Positions 26,136 through 37,356 of a DNA stretch of 64,000 nt are shown here, piece after piece; the stretch's first letter is position 1; the number at the start of each line of letters is the position of its first letter. Source of the DNA: Camelus dromedarius (Eukaryota); contig NC_087437.1 in the NCBI RefSeq assembly GCF_036321535.1, positions 32,738,001 through 32,802,000 of the forward strand, read 5' to 3'. The notes beneath the pieces were generated by a model. It did no database searches. It was not told where the DNA came from and saw only the letters and a program-made list of their open reading frames with translations. Made by a program: the position numbers and the translations under genes.

Positions 26136-28821
26136 CCTGAGGTGTAAATAAAATGCTTTACTTACAGTGAAGATATTAATAAATGTCTAGCATTTTAAAT
26201 ATATTTTCTAAGTATCAGAAATTTTGTTAAGCATTTGGTATGTATTACCTAATTTTCATAATAACCTAATGAAATAGGTGTTTTTATTACCCTCTTTGTA
26301 TAGATAAAGACTTGTGATTATAAAGCTCATAAATATATGTCAAAGTTAGGCTTCTAATTCAAGTTCACTAACAACAGCATCCTGACTCTTATTGGTACAC
26401 TATCTTTACTCCTGTAGTAATCTGTAACTATTGATGATGACATACAGTGTTTGAGATCAAGTGATATGTTATTGCTTAAACTTTCCTAGATAATGCCTAA
26501 AGAAAACTGAAAGAATTTTCTGTGCCTTGTTTTTCTCTGATCAGGTCAGAACTCTGCCACTAGTAAAAGATTGATTCCTTCTTTTCTTTCTCTTCCTCGC
26601 TTTCCCACATCAGCATTTCATCTGTTTACTTATAAATTGTATTTAATAAAACCACAAAAAATTTTTAGGCCTTATTTTATTTCTATGATGGGTTCACTGA
26701 CTTTCTAATTTTTTTTAAGAACGTGCATAGGTAGAAAGGAGAAAAGATTCACAAACGATTTAATTAGGGCTTATGTATTAGTTCATTGTGATTGTACAAC
26801 CAAATGACAAGTATTTTAGCTTGTGCTAAATAATCTAGAGGCTTCCTCACATATGAGACAATAACAACCCATGTGATTCTGCTTCTTTATGCATACATAA
26901 CACTCTTTGTTTTTATCAAACCAATTGGAAAATATCAATATTTATAAATACTGATAGAATATAAAGCATACATTTATGAAGTACAAAGCAAGGAGAGTAA
27001 GTACAGTAAAGGTAAAGGACTATTTTATAAATTGAGAAAAATAAAAACAGGAGAGAAAGGAATGGTCAAGCAGGAATTAATGAGCCTATTAATGAGGAAG
27101 AGACTTTTTGTTAGCCTTTTGAGAAAAAAGATACAAAAGTAGATAATTCTGAAAAACCTTTAAAAAATAGCAGTTAATTAAGTACATTTCTGGAAATTCT
27201 TGGAACATTTGAATGATTATAATTAGGATTTATCTTATAATGTCATAAATTGATTTATTTATATTATTAATTTGCTGAATGAGGGAGACCTAATATAAAC
27301 TAGAAGAGTTTCAGTGGTTTGTAGGGATTAAAAGGTGCTTTTCCTTACAACGCTGAGTTAAAGATGAATATAAGAAAGACACTGACTAAGTCTTGTCTTA
27401 GATTTTATCAAGAAGATTTAAAGAATTTAATTTTTAATGTTTTACATTTATAAAATTTAGTTTCTAAGAATATTTAATTTTTTAAACATTGATGCAGGTT
27501 TTGTTTGTTTTTATTAGGTTTTACCCCAAATTTTTTAAACAAATATTTAGTATATCCTTAGATAATTATATTTCTTTTATGAGGACATGTCTTTGCAGTA
27601 TGAAAACAAATTTTATTAATAATAGAGTTATTAAGTTGAAATTGGCTATTTAACAACCTGATTTTGTTAAGTAAACTTTTATTGCAAGCCAGAAATCAGA
27701 AAAATGAAACTTGGCATGGCATCTCGTAAGTACAACTTGATTTGATGATTGTGAACATTGTACACCTCTTCTGAGTCTTCTGTGGATTAGTAGCTTGTTG
27801 AGCCTTCTTTGGAAACATTTTAATCAAACTCCAAAAAAACATAGTCAACCACTATAAAACATCTTTTATGAACTCCTTTGAAACATTAGTTATGAATAAA
27901 TATGTTAATACCACCAGTGACATTTTACTATTTATTTTAAATCATAGTGCCATCTTTAAGAGTAGAATTTGGATGAATTTGATTTGAATTTATTTTCAAT
28001 CATGATTTAAATCACCGGCCAGAAGAACTTGGTTTAAAGCAGTTATTGCCTAGTAAAATACTTTCTTAATTTGGTTAACTTTAGGATTCATCAGGAACCT
28101 AATTTAGTATTCCTAAGTGTATTCTCCTTTATGATGTGCTACTGTGAAAGATTTTTACTTTTATTATTCCCTTGTTAGCTTTTCGGTAGATGGATGCTGT
28201 TCTCAGAAATGTGCCCATCAAGACTTCTGGAATGTTTTGCTCAAACACTTGAGTGTATACTTTTCTTCCTTTTTTCCTTTACATAGCTTTTTGAAGCTTT
28301 GCACTTTTAGAGAGAGGTAAGACTTTCCCTCTAGACATGCAAATCCATGTCTTGACAACTGAAGCAGTGTTTTTTGGTGGGTAAAGAAAGGGGGATAAAT
28401 ATAAATAGAATTTCTTAAATGTGACTCCCACTAAATCAGTTGTCTTCTGTAAGTCTTTTTGAAAATTATATAGAAGCCACTGGGAAAGCAGTGAAATTGG
28501 GCTTCAGTTATAGCCCATGGCCTGTAGTTACCTATTTGTAAAATCTTTCATTAAAAAATTGACTGTGCAGTATAATTAGAAATTATATTACTTATTTCAA
28601 AACTACTTTAGATATGTCTTTATAGACTATAAACACAAAAAGTATATCAGCAGAAGCAACATCTACTTTTTGTTCATGGCAATTGCTACCTTTGAACATA
28701 TAACCATTCTGAGTAGAGTATCTTTAACAAAAAAGTGTGCCAATGTATTTAGATTTGGGTAAAGTTAAATTGCAAAAATTATAATTTTTGCTCATTTTAA
28801 GTCATCTACACTTTTTTCCTT

Positions 28822-28960
28822 ACAGGACAAGTTATTCTCTTTGAGCCTTAATTTATTCTTCTATAAAATGAGGATATTGATAAACAAAAAGCTATTAGTA
28901 TTAGAGCAGTGTGTTTAAGAAGTTTAGTACCATGTAGTAATCATACTATATGTATTGGTT
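28822..28960 (+). mobile_element. MIR fragment
   Basis: ggacaagttattctctttgagccttaatttattcttctataaaatgagg. Confidence 0.65.
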
Positions 28961-29089
28961 ATGACTTTGACCTTAGCATTGTTCCAGTCTTCAACTGTAG
29001 AACTTCATGTAATAAATTCCTGTTGATGAAGTTTTTCCTATCTAGTGCTTGGCAGAAGATGTTGGAAGTGATTTGGGAATGCTGGACTC

Positions 29090-29560
29090 AGTTTTGACAG
29101 CAGTTACATACTCTTAGATGCTGTCATATTTTTCCTTACCTCTTATTTCTTTATGCAGCAGGAAGTCATTTATGCTAATTTACCCCAATTTGCATATAGG
29201 TTATGGAGTTCTGTGGTGCAGAGTGTGCTTAGAACTCCTTTTAAGTGTCTGCCTGGATCAAAGCAGGGCTGTGTGATAGCTGTTGTCTGACACCAAGCTG
29301 TGTGGTGTTGTTTTCATTAAACATTTATCACACTTCGAATGTGACAGCAGGCAACTTTGTGCCAGGATAACATGTTTTCATGCAAAATTTATTGAAAAAG
29401 ACGAAACTTTGTAAAGAGATCTTGTTGCCTTTCACCAGTGGCGAAGGGTAAATGTTTGGTTCGAAGGAAATATGCCTTTAACACATGTCATTGTAACATG
29501 CAAAAGAAGCTTCGTACTGTCAATTTTATTAAGCAGGTAAACAAATACATTTTAAAGTGT
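29090..29560. promoter_or_regulatory. Candidate conserved non-coding enhancer
   Basis: Repeat-free block with retained CpGs, octamer, T-box-like, GATA and TGACA motifs. Conservation not tested. Confidence 0.45.
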
Positions 29561-30020
29561 ATGCATTAGATTTTTCTTCCTTTGTAAGTTAAAGTTTTTA
29601 CAGTTTCCTTGAATGAATACTGTAACAGTAGCTCATTATTTTGATGGGTGTTTTATATTGCAGTGAAATTTACCACCCAATTTCCATTGTGTGGGTTTGA
29701 GTATTCGTCACTAGGTATTAGTTTTGTTCAGAAACAATGTATAATTTTTCAAAAAGGTGAAGTCAAGAAAGGGAATCCAGCATAACAAAAAGAATTATCA
29801 GCAAAAACAGGAGACAGGGTTTTTATAAGTTCTCCTTCAGGTCACCACCATCTTTCTCTTATTCATTATATTAGTACATTTTAGTCGTCCCAGAGTTTGC
29901 CCAGTGGAATTTGACCTGAATTATGCCTGATAGAGCATTAAGTGACATGAATTGTGGGTTCATTCTTTCTTTGTGTGGTTGCCTGGCTGTGAAAAGCCTG
30001 GAATGAGAGAAGGTACTTTT

Positions 30021-30716
30021 TTTTTTTTTAACATTTTTTATTGATTTATAATCATTTTACAATGTTGTGTCAGATTCCAGTGTTCAGCACAATTTTTCAG
30101 TCATTCATGGACATATACACACTCATTGTCACATTTTTTTCTCTGAGTTATCATAACATTTTGTGTATATTTCCCTGTGCTATACAGTGTAATCTTGTTT
30201 ATCTATTCTACAATTTTGAAATCCCAGGCTATCCCTTCCCACCCTCCACCCCCCTGGTAACCACAAGTCTGTATTCTCTGTCTGTGAGTCTGTTTCTGTC
30301 CTGTATTTACGCTTTGTTTTTGTTTGTTTGTTTGTTTTTGTTTTTTAGATTCCACATATGAGCGATCTCATATGGTATTTTTCTTTCTCTTTCTGGCTTA
30401 CTTCACTTCGAATGACATTCTCCAGGAGCATCCATGTTGCTGCAAATGGCATTATGTTGTCGGTTTTTTTGGCTGAGTAGTATTCCATTGTATAAATATA
30501 CCACATCTTCTTTATCCAGTCACCTGTTGATGGACATTTAGGCTGTTTCCATGTTTTGGCTATTGTAAATAGTGCTGCTATGAACATTGGGGTGCAGGTG
30601 TCATCCTGAAGTAGATTTCCTTCTGGATACAAGCCCAGGAGTGGGATTCCTGGGTCATATGGTAAGTCTATTCTAGTCTTTTGAGGAATCTCCACACTGT
30701 TTTCCATAGTGGCTGC
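30021..30716 (-). mobile_element. 5'-truncated young LINE-1 (ORF2 C-terminus, 3'UTR, polyA), same subfamily as the full-length copy
   Basis: Nearly identical to 47590-48287. ORF 30345-30707 encodes the ORF2 C-terminus. Perfect 13-bp TSD AGAAGGTACTTTT at 30008-30020 and 30719-30731. Confidence 0.97.
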
Positions 30717-31447
30717 TTAGAAGGTACTTTTATTTTCCTTTTTCATTCCACAGGAAGCTGAGGAGTTATGGTTATGTGAAGAATTAGTAAGAGTGAAAGT
30801 AGCCTCAAGCTGGACCTTTTAGTAAGTTGTATCACATGGACTGTAAAGAATTTGGTGAGACTCCTTACAAGAGGTATTGCAGAAATTCTGATGGCAGTAA
30901 CTTTCAGGAATGAAAGGAGAGAAGTAGTGAGTTATGTGTGATGGAAGGAACTTTGTATTTGGAACCATGTAGAATCCATGCAAACCTTCAAGTTCTGACT
31001 TACTGTGCTTTGGAGCTATTAAGGGATAATTTTTTAATAAGGTAAAATCAGGACTCATAAACATCAATAAACCCATGCCAAAGCTATTATTTAACTCATT
31101 AACTAATGAGGGCACCTAGTAAGATGTTACAATAGCTCAAAGGAGAGTCCAAGGAGCAGATACATATGTAGGCCACAAGGAATACGGGACAGAAACTTGC
31201 TTAATTAATTCAAAACTGGCTTTGACCACATAGGAGGAAAATAATTTGTAACTCCACTGGATGAATTCATTTGCATATCTGTGGAAAATAATCATTTGCA
31301 TTGCTATCAATTACCTATACTTTGTGGAATTTTAAGATGTCTTAGATGAAGAAAGGCAGAAAGGTGGAGATAATTTGGAAAGGCATCCTAGACAAAACAC
31401 CTAGTAATCTTTTTTGTTTTTCTCAAATCATTAAAAATTTTTTCCTG

Positions 31448-31590
31448 ACAGGGCAAGTTATTCTCTTTAAGCCTTAAATTTTTTTCTGTAAAGTTGGGAT
31501 AATGATAGGTGAAAAGCTGTAAATATTAGAAGCAGTGTGTATAAGAAGGCTAGTACTATGTAGTTGGATTTCAACAAATGGTAGTTATTT
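31448..31590 (+). mobile_element. MIR fragment
   Basis: gggcaagttattctctttaagccttaaattttttctgtaaagttgggataat. Confidence 0.65.
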
Positions 31591-34500
31591 ATGTTTTACT
31601 AATAATAATTATTCTTTTTTCTTACTTCTGTGTCTTTTTAAAGAAATCTTCCCTCAGCCTTAGAAACTCTTTCCTCTGTGACTCTCCTGTCATTTCCGTG
31701 GATCTTTTTGGCTCACTTTAGAGTCATTTCCTTTATGAAATATCCCTGCCCCTCATGAGTGTTCTAAATAGCTCTGCAGTTAGCACCTATAGTATCTACA
31801 CCTAATCTGAAAAGAAAGTTTTGCAATTATAAAATCTTGTAATTACCAGATTACATATACCTTATCTATCTTATTCAACATTGTATTTGCTTGGATCAAA
31901 GCAAGTACTCAAATATTTGTAGAATGTATAAATAAACGATAGTTTTAGAAGTTGATTCTAGTTAATAAAATCCAGCTTATGAGCATTTAAAATGATAAAA
32001 TTGAATTTTTGGTATTAGGAAAACAGTAAGCTTTTTTCCGACTACTCCATGCCTGGTTTAAGTTTGCACATGTACACGCATAAACATACATCACTTCCAT
32101 CAAAGTCTCTGCATTTTTGTAAAAATCTACATAACTTCCACTATCTTTTTCTGTACTTTAAATGTTATCAGTAATTCTGCAATTAATATCATTTAGCATC
32201 AGTCATTTAAAAAAATGAATGTCACTTCTAGGATTTATATTTTAAATACGGATTAAAATTCGAGTCTTCATTGATGACTCTTTAGTCTAATTTATTTCAG
32301 GATCTTAATTGGTGTCACCTACTCTGTTGATTTAGTACATGGTTACAGGGCAAACTACTAGACTTAAATATACTACCCCATAGAGGTCTTTGACTGAAGG
32401 CCTTGGTGTTTGCCTTTAGTTAGGTTATGTATGGCTTTGTAAGCTAAAAATTCTGTACTATTGTTAGAAGGATATAGAGGGAATAAACTTGGAGTGCCAG
32501 CCAAGTCTTTTCTCCCTAAATAAATAAGCAGTTCAGTTAAAAGCTAAGCTGCTGCTTGTAATTACTCATTATAGTTCTAATTTATACCTCATTGTAAAGC
32601 ACCCTGAGTATCCCAGATAAGAATGAATCCAAATAGAAGCAATCTGTTCAATATTTTTAAAAGCTCTAGTTTATTCAGTTCTCACAGGCTGTTTTCTCAG
32701 TCTAGTGATCACTGGAGTGGCATCTCCAAAGTAGAACAGATTGGAATAAGCTGTAATACTGCATGGTTGACATACAGTTAAATCTTGGTCAGCACAAGTA
32801 GAGAAGCAGAAGTTTAACCTCCTTTGATTAAACAGCAAAGATTGGGAAATAGATATCTACATGATGATCTTTTTAAATATCCTAATGTGATGTATTGTAT
32901 GACAATTTTAGGGTGGCTGGTTTAAATGTTTTTAATATCCTAGTAAATGGAGTGTGTGTAGCCAGATGATAGGAATAACATACATCTCTTTGGATTGATG
33001 TAGATACAGGGTACACTTTTCCACGAAAGTAGAGTAAGTTGTTAACATACGTGTTGTTAACATATCTTAGATTTCAAGGCACTGAATGTATATAATAACA
33101 GAAAAACTCCAGATGGTGTTATTGGGGTTAATGCTTTTCATTTAGTGCTAAGGATATGGTCCTTGGGTTCTGTGATTGCATGTAACTACAGAAATATTGG
33201 GATGAATCTCAGAGACTGGATCTTGTGGATATAGACACAAAGCACTTTTTAAATGTTAGTACATGTTTGATGATCACTAACACAAAGGGTGCAGTTAGGG
33301 AAATACAACGAGTGCTGCTCTTTTAATTCTTTATGAACTCCTAGAGGGAGTTTAGAAATGGCAGTCTTTGGCCCCTGTGGATATACCAGGCTGTGACATG
33401 CCACCTGGAAGTAGATCATGAAAATCAGTTTGTCATATTACAGTCTTAGCTTCCTTTTCTTGAGAAAGATGAAGGAGGGCAATCCACATTAGAAAAAGAC
33501 TAATGTGTATTTGGAATAAGTCAGAAGTAAAAACTTATATTGTGACTACTTAGAAATTAAATCCACTCAACAGAAATGATGAAAGACAATAGTAGAAAAA
33601 TATATTTTCATCATTTAAAGCTGTCTAGACAAATAAGAGTAGTGCTTTTGTGTAAATACATGCACACTCAGATTGATAAGTAACTATTAGGTTATTTACT
33701 CTTTAATTGAAAATGCTTAGATTTCATCCATTTATCAGTAGTGTTAGGTCCAGTAAATTTGCAGCTTCAAAGTTAATCTGAAAAAATTGTAATGGCTTAA
33801 CCCAAGCCCAGACGAATTATGTTGATATTTTATCATACGATATGTGCTCTGAAGCTAACAAAGCAATGTCTGGTTATATTTACTTTTGATACTGTTCCTA
33901 GAAATTTTGATACACTATTATTAGATTTTTAAATATGTATATATATATAAGTGTAAATATATATAAATATAAATATATGTTTATTAGATTTTATTATATT
34001 AGGTTTTCCTTTGTTAGATTTATTAAGATATAATTTACATGCAGTAAAATTCACTTCTTATACAGTTCTCTGAATTTTGACCAACTATGTATACAGTCAT
34101 GTAACTCTCATCACAATCAAGATACAAAGTTATTTCCATCATCCTAAAAAGTTTCTTCAGTGTATACAATATTCTTACCCCACATCCAGCCCTTATCAAA
34201 CTGAAAAGTTTTACCTTTTCTCAGTATCCTATAAATGGAATAATACAGTATGTAGCCTTTTGTATCTGGCTTCTTTCACTTAGTCTAATGCTTTTGATAT
34301 GGTTAGATTGTTCATGTGTTAGTTTGTTCCTTTGTATTGCTAAGTAGTATTTTGTTTTAAGGATGTACCACATTATTACCCATTTACCAGTTGAAAAGTC
34401 ATAGAATATATTCTTTTTCTCTATACTGTAGAAGAATTTGTATAGTTTTAATGTTATTTCTTCCTTATATTTTGATACAATTCACCAGAGAAGCCACTTA

Positions 34501-35139
34501 ATGTAAAGATTATTTTGTGGATTTAATTTCTTCAATAGTTATAGGACCAATCAGATTTCTCTTTCTTTTTCTGTCAGTTTTGGTTAGTAAATTTTTTTCT
34601 AGGAATTTATTTCCTCTATGTTTTCAATTTTTTTGACATAAATATTTTTGTAATATTCTATCAAAATTTGCTGTACATATAATTAATTGTGTGGTGATAG
34701 TCCTTTTCCCATCCTAATATCAATTGTGCTTTCTGTCTTTTTCTTAATCAATCTTGTTGGGAATTTCTCAATTTCATTAGTTTTTACAACCAACCAACCT
34801 TTGTCTTTGTTGATTCTTTGCATTGTGTGTGTTATTTGTTTTCATTAATTCTTATTATTTTTCTAAATCTTATTTTTTCTCTTTTTAATTTCTTCAGGTT
34901 TAATATACTTTTCATTTTGCACCATCTTGAAAAGATGTTTAGCTCATTTGTTTTGAATTTTTCTCCTTCTCTATTGTATTAGTGTATCATTATGAATTTT
35001 CCTCTAATCATAGCTTTAGGTACATCCTATAAGTTTTGATATAGAGTATTTTCATTATCATTCAGTTTAAAATATTTTCTAGTTTCCATTCCAACATCTC
35101 CATTTGGTTTATGAGTTATTTAGGAGTATTTCTTATAAT

Positions 35140-35836
35140 AAAAATTGTGGAGATTCCTTAAAAAACTAAAAATAGACTTACCATGTGATCTAGTAATCCC
35201 ACTCCTGGGCATATCTCCAGAGGAAATTCTAATTTGAAAAGATACATGGACCCCAGTGTTCATTGCAGCACTATTAACGACAGCCAAGACATGGAAGCAA
35301 CCTAAATGTCCACTGACAGACGATTGGATAAAGATTGTATGTGTGTGTGTGCGCGTGCGTGCACACACACACAATGGAATACTACTCAGTCATAAAAAGG
35401 ATAAAACAATGCCATTTGTAGCAACATAGAAGGATCTAGAGATCGTCATTCTAAGTGAAGTAAGCCAGAAAGAAAGAAAAATACCATATGATATCACTTA
35501 TATGTGGAATCTAAAAAAAATGACAAAAATGAACTTATTTATAAAATAGAAACAGACTCACAGACATAGAAACAAACTTATGGTTACTGGAGAGGAGAAG
35601 ATGGGGAGAGATAGATTGGGAATTTGGGATTTGCAGATACTAAGTACTATATATAAAATGGGATAAACAACAAGGTCCTACTGTATTGCACAGGGGACTA
35701 TATTCAGTATCTTGTAATAGCCTATAATGAAAAAGAATATGAAAAGGAATATATATATGCATAACTGAATCACTGTGCTGTACACTAGAAATTAACACAA
35801 CATTGTAAAATCACTATACTTCAATTAAAAAAAAAA
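35140..35836 (+). mobile_element. LINE-1 3' fragment in sense orientation (older lineage-specific subfamily)
   Basis: ORF2 C-terminal sequence (atcccactcctgggcatat...tgtggaatctaa) followed by a 3'UTR ending cttcaattaaaaaaaaaa. Confidence 0.92.
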
Positions 35837-37123
35837 GAAAGCCCCTCCCAAAAGGTCCTTTTTTTTGGTGGACAGTTCTATGAATTTTAACACAGTTATG
35901 TAGATTCACGTACCTTTCAAGATACAGAAAAATCTGTTACCTCCAAATAATCTTTTGTATTATCCCTTTGAACTTATACACTGTGCCTATCCCTTGCACC
36001 TGGCAACCACTGAGTTTTTGTTGTTGTTTGTTACTAAATGTTTAAAGGTTTATCTTTTTGAAAATGTTATGTGAATGAATCATATAGCATGTACCTTTGA
36101 GACTGCTTTCTTCCCTCAGTGTAAGCATTTGAAATTTGTTCATTTTGTAGCAAGCTCAGCAGATCATTTCTTTTTATTGCTGAGTGGGACTCATTGTATA
36201 ATGTGCTGCTGTTTATTTTTTCCCTTCCTGAAGGACATTTGGTGATTATGAATAAAGCTGCTCTAAGCATTCATGTATAGTGTTTTCTGTGAACATAAGT
36301 TTTTATTTCCCTCAGTAGATATTAGATGAGAGATTGGTGTAAAATATGGTAAGTATACGTTTATCTTTATAGGAAACTGCCAAACTGTATTCCAGGGTGG
36401 TTGTACTATTTTGCATTCTTGCCATCAATGTATGAGTTTTGGTTGTTACAAATCCTCATCAGCACTTGTCATTTTGAGTATTATTTACTTCAGCCAATCA
36501 TATAGGTATATAGTGCTATCTCAACACAGTTTTAATTTTAATTTCCCAGTGATAATAATATTGAACATCTTTCATGTGCTTATTTGCAATCCATATATCT
36601 GGTCAACTCTTTTGCCCATTTGAAAATTTGGTTGTATTTTCCTACAGGGGAGTTTTATATTCTGCAAACAAGTTGTTTATTGACTGTGATTTGAAAGTGT
36701 GATGTTGAGCATCTTTTCATGTGATTATTGGTCATTTATATTTCTTTTTTTGTGAGGTATTTTGTTCAAATAATTATCTCACTTTTAAATTTTTTCCTTA
36801 CTATTAAATTGTAAGTGATTCTTTACATATTTTGAGTACAAGTCCTTTGTCTGATATATGTGTTGTGAATGTTTTTTTCCTTGTCTGTGGCTTATATTTT
36901 CATTTTCTTAATGTTGTTATGTGAAGAGCAAAGTTTTCATTTTGATGAAGTCCAGTTTGTGGTCTTTGTCTTTAATTTACCATGCTTTTGGTGGCATGTC
37001 TAAGAAATTCTTTGGCTAATCTGAAGTCATGAAGATTTTCTCCTGCCTTTTTTAAAAAAGTTGTATAGTTTTACATTTTACATTTAGGGCTGTAATATAT
37101 GTTGAGTGAGTGAGTAAGTTCAT

Positions 37124-37191
37124 TCTTTTCTTTTCTTTTCTTTTCTTTTCTTTTCTTTTCTTTTCTTTCTCTTTTCTTTTCTCTTTTCTTT

Positions 37192-37224
<33 letters not shown>

Positions 37225-37241
37225 TTTCTTTCTTTCTTTCT

Positions 37242-37287
<46 letters not shown>

Positions 37288-37356
37288 TTTCTTTTCTCCT
37301 TCCTTCCTTCCTTCCTTCTTCCTTTCTTCCTTCTTTCCTTTCTTTCCTTTCTTTCT
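37124..37356. repeat. Compound pyrimidine microsatellite (TTTTC)n(TTTC)n(TTCC)n, ~230 bp
   Basis: Directly visible pure C/T tract. Confidence 0.97.
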
